From: an uncultured Acidobacteriaceae bacterium
GTDB lineage: Bacteria > Acidobacteriota > Terriglobia > Terriglobales > Acidobacteriaceae
Direction of reading: 5' to 3'
Length of the DNA: 64,000 nucleotides
NCBI GenBank assembly: GCA_963746625.1
Contig: CAVVBT010000005.1
Span: 97,384 to 161,383, forward strand
A model generated the notes under the pieces. That model made no database searches, had not been told where the DNA came from, and saw only the letters and a program-made list of their open reading frames with translations. This document shows positions 1-8,802 of this stretch, piece by piece. Numbering within the stretch: position 1 is the first letter of the stretch; each line of letters starts with the position of its first letter. The position numbers and the translations under genes are program-made.

Positions 1-9
1 GAGAAGGAT

Positions 10-762
10 GTGCAGTGGGTTCGGCAGACGATCGGCGGAATGCCGGGTGTGCATGTGAACGACTTCAGCGACTACTACACGCAGATTGCGATCCAGGGGC
101 CGCGGGCCGCGGAGACGCTGCAGAAGCTGACTCCGGTGGATTTGAGCGGAATCAAGAATTACTGGTTTACGTGGGGGCAGGTGTGCGGGCTGCACAATGT
201 GATGATCGCGCGGACGGGGTATACGGGCGAGGATGGGTTTGAGATTTACATTCCCTCCGACGAGCCGACGAGTGCGCGCGTGTGGCAGGAGGTGCTGGAT
301 GCCGGCGCGGAGTTCGGGATTCTGGCTTGCGGGCTGGGAGCACGGAATACGTTGCGACTTGAAGCGGCGATGGCGCTGTATGGGCATGAGATTTCGGACA
401 CGATCAATGTGTTTGAGGCGGGGCTGGGGCGATATGCGAAGCTCGACAAGGGCGATTTTGTGGGGCGCGATGCGCTGGTGAAGATTCAGGAAGAGGGCGG
501 ACCAAAACGCAAGCTGGTGGGCCTGGAGATGATTGAGCGCGGGATTGGGCGGGATGGTTATCCGCTGTTTTCGATTGACGGGAAGCGGGTTGGCGAGATT
601 ACCAGCGGGTCGCCATCACCTTTTTTGAAGAAGAATATTGCGCTGGCTTATGTGCCGGTAGAGCTTACGCCCCTGGATACCGAAGTGAATGTCGAGATTC
701 GCGGACAGATGGTGAAGGCGAAGGTGGTTCCTACTCCGTTTTACAAGCGCGCGAAGAAGTAA
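10..762 (+). CDS. gcvT: Glycine cleavage system aminomethyltransferase T, 5'-truncated by the window edge
   Basis: Motifs ARTGYTGEDGFEI, GLGARNTLRLEA and C-terminal PTPFYKR; upstream of gcvH/gcvP. Confidence 0.95.
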   Translation: MQWVRQTIGGMPGVHVNDFSDYYTQIAIQGPRAAETLQKLTPVDLSGIKNYWFTWGQVCGLHNVMIARTGYTGEDGFEIYIPSDEPTSARVWQEVLDAGAEFGILACGLGARNTLRLEAAMALYGHEISDTINVFEAGLGRYAKLDKGDFVGRDALVKIQEEGGPKRKLVGLEMIERGIGRDGYPLFSIDGKRVGEITSGSPSPFLKKNIALAYVPVELTPLDTEVNVEIRGQMVKAKVVPTPFYKRAKK

Positions 763-771
763 GGAGCAAGT

Positions 772-1062
772 GTGCAATTTCTTTCTGTGAGCAGGCGCAG
801 GACGGATGAGTTTCCTGCGGAGGCGTGGACGCCGGAGCTGCTGGCGGCCGAAGGCGAGCGCGTTCGGGAGCTGTACGCGGCCGGCATCGTCCGGTCGATA
901 TGGCGGCGCCAAGATATGCCCGGGGCGGCGATGCTGATTGAGGCTGCAAATGAGGATGAGGCGCGGGCTGCGGTTGCGAGCCTTCCGTTGGCTACGCGCG
1001 GCATGCTGGAGATCGTGGTGTTTACCGCGCTTGAACCCTACCTGGCGTTTGGGCCTCGCTAA
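772..1062 (+). CDS. Muconolactone delta-isomerase-like small protein (dimeric alpha-beta barrel)
   Basis: GTG start after AAGGAG; pattern E.ERVRELY..G..RSIWRR.D..GA......A.NEDE....V.SLPL resembles the MIase family. Confidence 0.65.
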   Translation: MQFLSVSRRRTDEFPAEAWTPELLAAEGERVRELYAAGIVRSIWRRQDMPGAAMLIEAANEDEARAAVASLPLATRGMLEIVVFTALEPYLAFGPR

Positions 1063-1132
1063 GCTCACTTTTTGAGGCGTACCGATTTTCAGCGTTAACG
1101 CAATTACAATGGAAAGGGAGAATCCCTAAGAC

Positions 1133-1522
1133 ATGTCTTATCCTGCAAATTACAAGTACACGAAGGAACACGAGTGGATTAGCGTCGACGGCACGAAGGG
1201 CACGATCGGCATAACGGATTATGCGCAGAATTCGCTCGGCGACATTGTGTTTGTTGACCTGCCGAAGGTGGGCGATTCGATCGAGTCGGGCAAGAGCTTT
1301 GGATCGGTTGAGTCGGTGAAGGCGGTGTCGGATTTGTTTGCGCCTGTTTCGGGCACAGTTACGGCGATCAACGAGGAGTTGAAGGATGCTCCGGAGAAGA
1401 TCAATTCGGATGCGAATACGACCTGGATGCTGAAGGTTGAGCTCTCTGACGCGGGGCAGTTGAATGGACTGCTGAGCGCGGCGGATTACGAAAAATTTAT
1501 CAGCGAAGAGACCGGACACTAA
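1133..1522 (+). CDS. gcvH: Glycine cleavage system H protein
   Basis: KEHEW, GITDYAQNSLGDIVFV and lipoyl-lysine motif VESVKAVSD. Confidence 0.97.
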   Translation: MSYPANYKYTKEHEWISVDGTKGTIGITDYAQNSLGDIVFVDLPKVGDSIESGKSFGSVESVKAVSDLFAPVSGTVTAINEELKDAPEKINSDANTTWMLKVELSDAGQLNGLLSAADYEKFISEETGH

Positions 1523-1525
1523 AAG

Positions 1526-2857
1526 ATGCGTTATTTGCCGAAGTCCCCCGCGGACCGCAAGGAGATGCTCGCCGAGATTGGCGTGGCGTCGATTGATGAT
1601 TTGTTTTCTACCATTCCTGCTGAGTACCGGCTGACGCGCGATTTGGATGTTCCGCGGCAGCATGGCGAGCAAGAGGTGATCGAGCACTTCAAGGCTTTTG
1701 CCGAGAAGAATGCTACGGGCTATGCGAGCTTTCTTGGCGCAGGGGCTTACCGGCACTATCGGCCGGTGTTGATCGATACGGTGGTTTCGCGCGGGGAGTT
1801 TTTGACGAGCTATACGCCCTATCAGCCGGAGATTGCGCAGGGAACGCTGCAGGCGCTGTTTGAGTTCCAGACGATGATCTGCGAGCTGACGGGGATGGAG
1901 ATCGCGAACGCGTCGATGTATGACGGGTCGACCGGCGTGGCTGAGGCCGTGATGATGGCGGTGCGGGTGACAGGCCGCAATGGCGCCGTGGTGGCGAAGA
2001 CGGTGCATCCGGAGTATCGCGAGGTGCTGGCGACGTATGCACTGCATCAGGAGATTCCGGTGACGCTGGCGGAGTATGCGGTGAATGGTCGGGTGGATTT
2101 GGCCAAGCTGGATGCGGCGATTACGGACGATACGGCTTGTGTGCTGATTCAGTCTCCGAATTTCTTTGGGACGATTGAGGATGTTGCGGCGATTGCGGAG
2201 ATTGCGCATAAGAAAGGCGCGCTGCTGATTGTGGCGATTGCGGAGGCGGTGTCGCTGGGAATTGTGAAGCCTCCGAAAGAGGCCGATATTGTGGCGATGG
2301 AGGCGCAGGCGTTTGGCGTGCCGGTTGGTTATGGCGGCCCTTATTGCGGCGTGATCGCGAGCAAGGAGAAGTTTCTGCGGCAGATGCCGGGACGGCTTGC
2401 GGGCGAGACGAAGGATATGAGCGGCAAGCGTGGATTTGTTTTAACGCTGTCTACGCGCGAGCAGCATATTCGGCGCGAGAAGGCTACTTCGAATATTTGT
2501 ACGAATCAGTCGCTGGTTGCTCTGATGGTGACAGTGTTTCTGACGGTGTATGGCAAGGGATTGAAGGAGCTTGGTGAGCAGAATTTGGCGAAGGCTCATT
2601 ATGCGGCTCAGGCGCTGGGGAAGAGCGGCAAGGTTCTGTTTGGTGGGGCTCCTCGGTTCAATGAGTTTGTTCTGGATCTGGGCAAGGACGCCGAGCAGGT
2701 GAATGCTTCGCTGCTTGAGAAGAAGATTATTGGCGGATTGCCGTTGGCGAAGTGGTATCCGGAGCTTGGTGCAGGTGCGAGTTTGTGGTGCGCGACGGAA
2801 TTGAATACGAAGGCGCAGATCGATGCGGCTGCCGCGGCGATTGCAGGTAAGGCTTAG
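1526..2857 (+). CDS. gcvPA: Glycine dehydrogenase (decarboxylating) subunit 1
   Basis: [46 protein letters not shown]. Confidence 0.96.
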   Translation: MRYLPKSPADRKEMLAEIGVASIDDLFSTIPAEYRLTRDLDVPRQHGEQEVIEHFKAFAEKNATGYASFLGAGAYRHYRPVLIDTVVSRGEFLTSYTPYQPEIAQGTLQALFEFQTMICELTGMEIANASMYDGSTGVAEAVMMAVRVTGRNGAVVAKTVHPEYREVLATYALHQEIPVTLAEYAVNGRVDLAKLDAAITDDTACVLIQSPNFFGTIEDVAAIAEIAHKKGALLIVAIAEAVSLGIVKPPKEADIVAMEAQAFGVPVGYGGPYCGVIASKEKFLRQMPGRLAGETKDMSGKRGFVLTLSTREQHIRREKATSNICTNQSLVALMVTVFLTVYGKGLKELGEQNLAKAHYAAQALGKSGKVLFGGAPRFNEFVLDLGKDAEQVNASLLEKKIIGGLPLAKWYPELGAGASLWCATELNTKAQIDAAAAAIAGKA

Positions 2858-2859
2858 CG

Positions 2860-3204
2860 ATGGATGTGTCGGCGGTCATCGGCGAGGAGTTGAAGGCGGT
2901 TGAGTTCGTTGAGGATTTTTTGCAGCTGCGGTTCGATTCTCCGTTGTTCACACTCTATGCCTGGCCGCATGTTTTGTTAGCTGATTTTTCGGTGGCGTTT
3001 GGTGAGCCGGAGTATCGAAATGCGCTGTGTGCGCAGATTGGCGAGAAGGTTGTGCAGGCTTCGCTGGAAGAGGGCGATGCGCTGACGATTGAGTTTGAGA
3101 ATGGGACCGTGTTTGGGTTGTCATTGCGGGAAGAAGATTTGGATGCTCCGGAGGCTGGGAGTTATGCGGAGACTGGCGATATTAGTGATACGCAGGAGTT
3201 TTAG
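2860..3204 (+). CDS. Acidic hypothetical protein between gcvPA and gcvPB
   Basis: 114-aa ORF starting 2 nt after the gcvPA stop with host-like codon usage; no family recognised. Confidence 0.65.
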   Translation: MDVSAVIGEELKAVEFVEDFLQLRFDSPLFTLYAWPHVLLADFSVAFGEPEYRNALCAQIGEKVVQASLEEGDALTIEFENGTVFGLSLREEDLDAPEAGSYAETGDISDTQEF

Positions 3205-3229
3205 TGCAGTGGCTCTCGAAGAGAGAGCA

Positions 3230-3300
3230 TACCCCAGGGGCTAAAGCCCCGGTTCAGTAGATGAGGAAAAGAAACCCAAGGCTAAAGCCTTGGGGTACCT
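3230..3300. repeat. REP-like doublet of GGCT-AA-AGCC palindromes (family A)
   Basis: ggggct-aa-agcccc (3237-3250) and cccaaggct-aa-agccttggg (3275-3294); same core at about 16905-16960 and 32950-33070. Confidence 0.8.
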
Positions 3301-3319
3301 AGAAGCAGAAACAAAAGCA

Positions 3320-3372
3320 AAGACGAAATACAGGGGTCCTTCCCTTCGACAAGCTCAGGGTCAGGATGACGA
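3320..3372. repeat. Dispersed intergenic repeat family B (cttcgac...ctcagg...gatgac)
   Basis: caggggtccttcccttcgacaagctcagggtcaggatgac; related copies at about 12465-12520 and 30553-30608. Confidence 0.7.
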
Positions 3373-3393
3373 CCTCCTTTTGAGATGAGGAAT

Positions 3394-4938
3394 ATGGCAA
3401 ACGAAAAATTTGTAGGGACGCCGAAGAAGGCTACGACGCATGTAAATCAGAACGAAGATTTGATCTTCGAGAAGTCATCGCCTGGGAAGAAGGCTTATCG
3501 GCTGAGTGAGCTGGATGTTCCGGCGGTGGATGCCGCTTCCCTGCTGGGCGATGCGGTGCGCACGGATCTGGGTGTGATGCCGGAGCTGAGCGAGATTGAG
3601 ATTGTGCGGCACTTCACGCGGCTTTCTACGTGGAACTATGCCATCGATCTGGGGATGTTTCCGCTGGGTAGCTGCACGATGAAGTACAACGGGCGCGTGA
3701 ATGAGCTGGTGGCGCGGCTGGAGGGGATTGCAGAGGCGCATCCTTATCAGCCGGAGTCGTTGTCGCAGGGTGTGCTTGAGATTATGAAGGTGCTGAGCGA
3801 TTGCCTGATCGATATCTGCGGGATGGATGCGATTACGCTGCAGCCGGCGGCTGGCGCGCATGGCGAGTTTACGGGGATTTTGCTGGCTCGGGCGTATCAC
3901 GAGAGTCTGGGGAATGCGCGGAAGAAGATTTTGATTCCGGATTCGGCGCATGGGACGAATCCTGCTACGGCTGCGGTGGTGGGATATGCGGTGCAGAACC
4001 TGAAGTCGAATTCTGAGGGGATGGTTGATCTCGCGGAGCTGGAGAAGCTGGTGGATGGGGATACCGCGGCGCTGATGCTTACGAATCCTTCGACGATTGG
4101 GGTGTTTGAGAGCGAGATTCATAAGATTGCCGACATTCTGCATGCGAAGGGCGCGCTGCTGTATATGGATGGCGCGAATATGAATGCTCTGGTGGGCAAG
4201 ACTCGGCCTGGGGATTTCGGTGTGGATGTGATGCATTTGAATCTGCATAAGACGTTTTCTACTCCGCATGGTGGGGGTGGTCCGGGATCGGGGCCTGTGG
4301 CTTGCAAGAAGATTCTGGAGCCGTTTCTGCCTACTCCGGTGCTGGTTGAACGCGGCGGAAAGCTAACGTTCGATTACAACCGTGCGCAGAGTGTGGGGCG
4401 CGTGCGCATGTTCTATGGGAACTTCGGGATGTTTGTGCGGGCGCTGGCTTACATTCTGGCGAATGGACCGGATGGGCTGCGGCAGACGACCGAGGATGCC
4501 GTGCTGAATGCGAACTATATCCGGGCGAAGCTTGAGGACACGTTTGAGCTGCCGTACAAGACGCAGTCTCTGCATGAGGTTGTGTTCTCGGACAAGCGGC
4601 AGGCGAAGAATGGCGTGAAGACGGGCGATATGGGTAAGCGGCTTATTGATTATGGCTTCCATGCGTATACGGTTTCGTTCCCGCTAGTGGTTCAGGGCGC
4701 GATGATGATTGAGCCAACGGAGAGTGAGAGCCGTGAGGAGCTGGATCTGCTGATCGATGCGCTGAAGCAGATTGCGCGGGAGGCGGAGGAGAATCCTGAG
4801 CTGGTGCAGACGGCTCCGCATACGACGCGGGTGCAGCGGCTGGATGAGACGACGGCGGCCAGGAAGCCTGTGTTGCGGTGGAAGGCTCCGGCTGCTCCGA
4901 ACGGCGTTACCATCGATACGGCTGCGAAGGAGTGGTAG
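3394..4938 (+). CDS. gcvPB: Glycine dehydrogenase (decarboxylating) subunit 2
   Basis: FPLGSCTMKYN, QPAAGAHGE, PLP-lysine motif HLNLHKTFSTPHGGGGPG; GAGG RBS before ATG 3394. Confidence 0.96.
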   Translation: MANEKFVGTPKKATTHVNQNEDLIFEKSSPGKKAYRLSELDVPAVDAASLLGDAVRTDLGVMPELSEIEIVRHFTRLSTWNYAIDLGMFPLGSCTMKYNGRVNELVARLEGIAEAHPYQPESLSQGVLEIMKVLSDCLIDICGMDAITLQPAAGAHGEFTGILLARAYHESLGNARKKILIPDSAHGTNPATAAVVGYAVQNLKSNSEGMVDLAELEKLVDGDTAALMLTNPSTIGVFESEIHKIADILHAKGALLYMDGANMNALVGKTRPGDFGVDVMHLNLHKTFSTPHGGGGPGSGPVACKKILEPFLPTPVLVERGGKLTFDYNRAQSVGRVRMFYGNFGMFVRALAYILANGPDGLRQTTEDAVLNANYIRAKLEDTFELPYKTQSLHEVVFSDKRQAKNGVKTGDMGKRLIDYGFHAYTVSFPLVVQGAMMIEPTESESREELDLLIDALKQIAREAEENPELVQTAPHTTRVQRLDETTAARKPVLRWKAPAAPNGVTIDTAAKEW

Positions 4939-4939
4939 C

Positions 4940-5227
4940 GTGTCTGTTTTTTATGATCGGCAGGATGAACTTGAGAAGCATGAGTTCATGATGGGGGAGG
5001 CGCGCGGGCGGCTGGCGGTGACGCTGGATGTGCTGACGGATGCGCTGGTGCTGGTGGGGCAGCATGGAGTGTACTGCACGAGCGCGCGAAACCCTAAGGT
5101 TCCGGCGCTCGATCTGCAGGCTGTGGTGGCGAACATCACGGGAGCGAAGGAGTTGGTTGCTTCCGTGATGGAGAAACTACGCGCGGAGAAGGAAGCGCGC
5201 GAGGCTAGCGGATCTACTGGGCTTTGA
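4940..5227 (+). CDS. Hypothetical protein
   Basis: GTG at 4940, 1 nt after the gcvPB stop, in frame with ORF 4772..5227; helical-looking 95-aa product. Confidence 0.6.
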   Translation: MSVFYDRQDELEKHEFMMGEARGRLAVTLDVLTDALVLVGQHGVYCTSARNPKVPALDLQAVVANITGAKELVASVMEKLRAEKEAREASGSTGL

Positions 5228-5759
5228 CGGTTACGTATTGGTCGGTGGTGCCCCATTTGACGTGGAGTTCGGTGGTGGCTCCGTGGGTGTTTTCGAAGCT
5301 GATAGACATGTTTTCCTGCGAGGATGCGACGGGCTTGCTGGTCATCGGTGTGCGGCCGAGGTCGTTGCCTTCGGGGTAAGGGATGCCCCACTCGCCGGTC
5401 TTTTTGCTGACGATGAAGAGCCACTGGTCTTTGTTGGGGAGCGTGAAGATGGTGTAGGTTCCGGCGGGGACGTCTAATGTGCCAATTTTGAGGTTGGTGG
5501 GGGTGACGAGAGTAGTTGCAGGGTTGGCTCCGGTGCGCCAGACTTCGCCGTAGGGGACGATGTCGGAGCCTATGGTGCGGCCTTTGAGGCGGGGAGAGTT
5601 GTAGTGGATAACGACGGATTTGCCGTTGAGGGTGACGCTGGTTTCAGCAGCGGGACTGGGGAGGGTTTTGGAGTTGTCCATGGGCATGGACATCTGCGCG
5701 TAAGATGTTGCGGCTAGAACGGTACAACATGCTGCGGTGGCCAGGGAGCGGAGGAACAT
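5214..5759 (-). CDS. DUF2911 domain secreted protein
   Basis: Signal peptide, then YNSPRLKGR, VPYGEVWRTGANPAT and VPAGTYTIFT.P, typical of DUF2911. Confidence 0.85.
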   Translation of the reverse strand: MFLRSLATAACCTVLAATSYAQMSMPMDNSKTLPSPAAETSVTLNGKSVVIHYNSPRLKGRTIGSDIVPYGEVWRTGANPATTLVTPTNLKIGTLDVPAGTYTIFTLPNKDQWLFIVSKKTGEWGIPYPEGNDLGRTPMTSKPVASSQENMSISFENTHGATTELHVKWGTTDQYVTVKAQ

Positions 5760-5888
5760 GGTTGATCTCTCTTTCTCTGTGCTTGCTGCGTTATGTGATT
5801 GAGATGCAGGTGCTTTGAGCTGTGTTTGATGCTGAAGGCGAAGAGGCTGCGCTGTCAACCGGGTGGGATCATGCTAGGCTTAAGGTAC

Positions 5889-5965
5889 GCGCCCGTAGCT
5901 CAGCTGGATAGAGCGGCAGCCTCCGAAGCTGTAGGTCAGAAGTTCGAATCTTCTCGGGCGCACCA
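5889..5965 (+). tRNA. tRNA-Arg (anticodon CCG)
   Basis: Acceptor GCGCCCG/CGGGCGC, D-arm AGCTCAGCTGGATAGAGC, anticodon loop CT-CCG-AA, T-loop GTTCGAATC, encoded CCA. Confidence 0.96.
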
Positions 5966-6300
5966 TTCCTCATTTTTTCTCTATTGAAGGTCATGTCGAA
6001 CGGCTTTTTGTAGACAGGCCAAAGGGTTATCCCGTCCGTTGAGCAGTTCGAGAGTACGATTTTCAGCACTTTCCCTTGCTCTATGAATTTTGCATTTCGT
6101 ACAGAAGATTGCATACGTTTCATCTCCGCGACCGCATCTCCTTTCATGCTGCGAAGGCTGGAGATGATGTCGTTCAAGACGGAGTCGGGAACATAAAAAC
6201 CTTTCAACACTTCTCTGAGTTGCCTGCAAGCACTTCCTCCTTCATGTATGAGACTGCATTTTCCCGGGTATGAGAATCAGATTTCCTGGGTCGTGATCGC
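5936..6300 (-). pseudogene. C-terminal remnant of a large serine recombinase (integrase), ending within the tRNA
   Basis: Fragments GKC(S)L..YMKEEVL, LKGFYVPDSVL and EQGKVLKIVLSNCSTDG...YKKPFD; after a 1-nt shift it ends NEEWCAREDSNF* on the antisense tRNA T-arm. Internally deleted and frameshifted; family assigned from recalled motifs. Confidence 0.7.
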
Positions 6301-6473
6301 CCCGCGAATGGAACCATAAAGCAGTCGTAGTTTCGCTTTGATGTAGCTCTTCGTGCCTCAGCCTCTGCGGACGGGCGGCATAGGCGCCGGTCGCCTTGGT
6401 CTTGACGTCCTTTTAGCCGTTTGTCAGTATGGAATCTTTCGAGTTTGCAGCCGCGGCGACAAGGATGTCCTCC

Positions 6474-6739
6474 ATGACAGAGCCTTCCGGGTACGTGCTG
6501 GAGCCTCTCCGGGAAGGCCCGGATTTCACACTCTATCGCGGCTGGCAGGACGGCACACGGCACGAGTCCTTGCGATTGCACTTACCGCGCAACACCCGTC
6601 GCCGCTAAGTCTTCGGAGGCTGGAGCATGAGTACTCGCTCGCGGTTGAACTCGATCCCGGGTGGGCAGCAAAGCCTCTGACGCTCACTCGTCACGAAGGG
6701 CGGCCGATCCTCGTACTCAAAGATCCTGGCGGCCAGCCG
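6474..6739 (+). pseudogene. N-terminal fragment of a Ser/Thr-kinase-like multi-sensor (kinase-AAA-GAF type) protein
   Basis: MTEPSGYVLEPLREGPDFTLYRG / LRRLEHEYSLAVELDPGWAAKPL.L.RHEGRPILVLKDPGG; one frameshift; stops after about 90 codons. Confidence 0.65.
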
Positions 6740-7081
6740 GTCGCGGCGCTTCTTGAGGACCGTGAAGGAACGATATGGGTCGGAACGGGACGTGTGAACG
6801 TCTCCAAGATCCCTGGAAAACTGTGCACGATTCAGGCTGGTAACACTCGTTGCTACGGGGAGGATGGAAGTCTCGGCAAAGAGGTGTACACCTTGTATGA
6901 GGACACCAGGGGCAATCTGTGGACCGGATCGGCTGCGGGGCTTTGGCGATGGAAGCGGGGTCCTCCAAAGCTCTATCCCGTGCCAAACCCGGTGCCCGAA
7001 ATCATAGGTTTGGCCGAAGACGAAAACGGCGCACTCCTGATCAACATGACCGGCGGGCGAAATCTTGCTAACGATGGCTAA
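6740..7081 (+). pseudogene. Internal fragment of a two-component regulator beta-propeller sensor
   Basis: Repeats ALLEDREGTIWVGT, TLYEDTRGNLWTGS and GLAEDENGALLI; fused in frame to the kinase fragment. Confidence 0.7.
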
Positions 7082-7267
7082 GGCAAAAAGCCACATGATA
7101 GGAGCGGAATTTATAAAACAGGGGACAAACTGCACCCGTCACCCCGGGAGCCGTTCGTCTCTGGTTCGTTCGTCGGGTCTGTCATCAAAGCAATTGACGA
7201 GGGTACGACTCGATTGCGAGCACGGCGTTGAGGCGCGAACATATACAGAAGAGTTTCGGAGACTGCA

Positions 7268-7657
7268 TTGAACGAGGCGAATGGCCAGAGTGGCGTGGTG
7301 CTGGCGAATCTACCCGCTGGTCGGATGGAACGTCGAATAGCGCTTGTGGTCGTCCTTATTCTGCTAGGCATCGGGGTTGTCGTCGGCCCATTCGGAAGAA
7401 TGCAGTTACCGGAGAGCAATGCGTGGGTGCCGCTCATAACTTCGTTCATGATCGTAGCTGATCTCATTACGTGGTTTCTTCTGATCTCTCAATTCAAAAT
7501 TGTCCGCTCGCGTGCGCTCCTGGTCCTGGCGAGCGGCTACGTTTTCACTGCGGCGATCAATATTTCGCTTTTTCTTGCCTTTCCGGGCGTGTTTTCGCCG
7601 ACCGGCCTTCTCGGCGCTGGTTTGCAGACCGTTCCCCGGTTACGGGCAAAGAGCTGA
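7268..7657 (+). pseudogene. N-terminal half of a MASE4-like membrane sensor domain
   Basis: Hydrophobic helices with DLIT..LL..QF...[15 protein letters not shown] and [17 protein letters not shown], then abrupt divergence. Confidence 0.65.
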
Positions 7658-8535
7658 TCGCGCGTGCAGTCCACAAACGTTCGCAACGTTCTTCGAAGGC
7701 CTTCGTCAGCGTCAACTGCGCCGCCATCCCACGGGACTTGATTGCGTCGGAATTGTTCGGCCATGAGAAGGGCGCCTTTACGGGAGCAACTCAGCGGCGC
7801 TTAGGGCGCTTTGAGTTAGCCGAAGGAGGCACGATCTTCCTCGATGAAATCGGGGAACTTCCTGCCGAGACCCAGATCGCTCTCTTACGTGTTCTGCAGG
7901 AGCGCGAGTTTGAGCGTGTCGGTGGAACTGGAATTATTCGCACCAATGTCCGGGTGATTGCTGCCACGAATCGTGATTTGGAGGCTGCCATCGCTTCAGG
8001 AATGTTTCGGAGCGACCTCTTTTACCGGCTCAACGTTTTTCCGATCGATATGCTTCCGCTGCGCGAACGACGGGAAGACATACCGGTGCTGGTTGAGTAC
8101 TTCATTGACCGTTACGCGAGGAAAGCAGGAAAGCGCATGAACAAAAAGAGTCTGGAATTGCTGCAGTCGTACCCCTGGCCAGGCAATATTCGCGAGTTGC
8201 AAAACGTCATCGAGCGATCGGTCATCGTGTGCAGCACGGAAAACTTTTCCGTCGATGAGAGTTGGCTTTCGCATCAGCCTCGTGCAATGGAGCCAAAGAG
8301 CCAACTCCAGCTAGTTCACAAGCTTGCCGCCGAGGAGAAAGAGATCATAGAAACTGCCCTGCGCGAAAGCGGAGGACGGGTCTCTGGACCCTTGGGCGCG
8401 GCAATCAAGCTGGGTATTCCAGGTTCCACCCTGGACTCAAAGATCAGGTCGCTCAAGATCGACAAGAATCGATTCAAATCAGTAGACCGCCCCACGATCG
8501 AACTTAAATGCCAAGCCGCCGTCCACAAGATGTAA
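7640..8535 (+). pseudogene. Sigma-54 activator AAA+ domain plus HTH, lacking its N-terminus
   Basis: [64 protein letters not shown]; Walker A clipped and no start codon. Confidence 0.85.
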
Positions 8536-8700
8536 TGGGCCTTTTTTGGGATTTTTTTGGTTGTTTTTGAGGGGGGTTGTGGGAGAAGAGGTATTTTCTG
8601 GATGGTTTTTTGTGGTGAGTTTGTGGTGTTTTTGTGGTGGGTTTGTGGTTTTCGGGTGGTTGTTTTTTGCGCGTTGAAATTTGCCACCTTTTTGAAATAT
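8535..8700. repeat. G/T-rich strand-biased element with an 11-bp-phased TTTGTGGT array
   Basis: TTTGTGGT at 8609, 8620, 8631 and 8642; GGTGGT at 8655; almost no C or A on the + strand. Confidence 0.75.
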
Positions 8701-8750
8701 TTCTGTGGAAAATCTTCGCCTTGCTGACAATTACAGAAGCAAGAACAAGC

Positions 8751-8784
8751 AGAAGCGGCTCCGGAGTGTTCCGGAGCCGCTTCT
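8751..8784 (-). terminator. Perfect 15-bp hairpin downstream of the TonB receptor gene
   Basis: agaagcggctccgga-gtgt-tccggagccgcttct, 18 nt past the stop; T-rich tail on the - strand. Confidence 0.8.
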
Positions 8785-8802
8785 GGTTTGGTTAGAGGCG
8801 GG

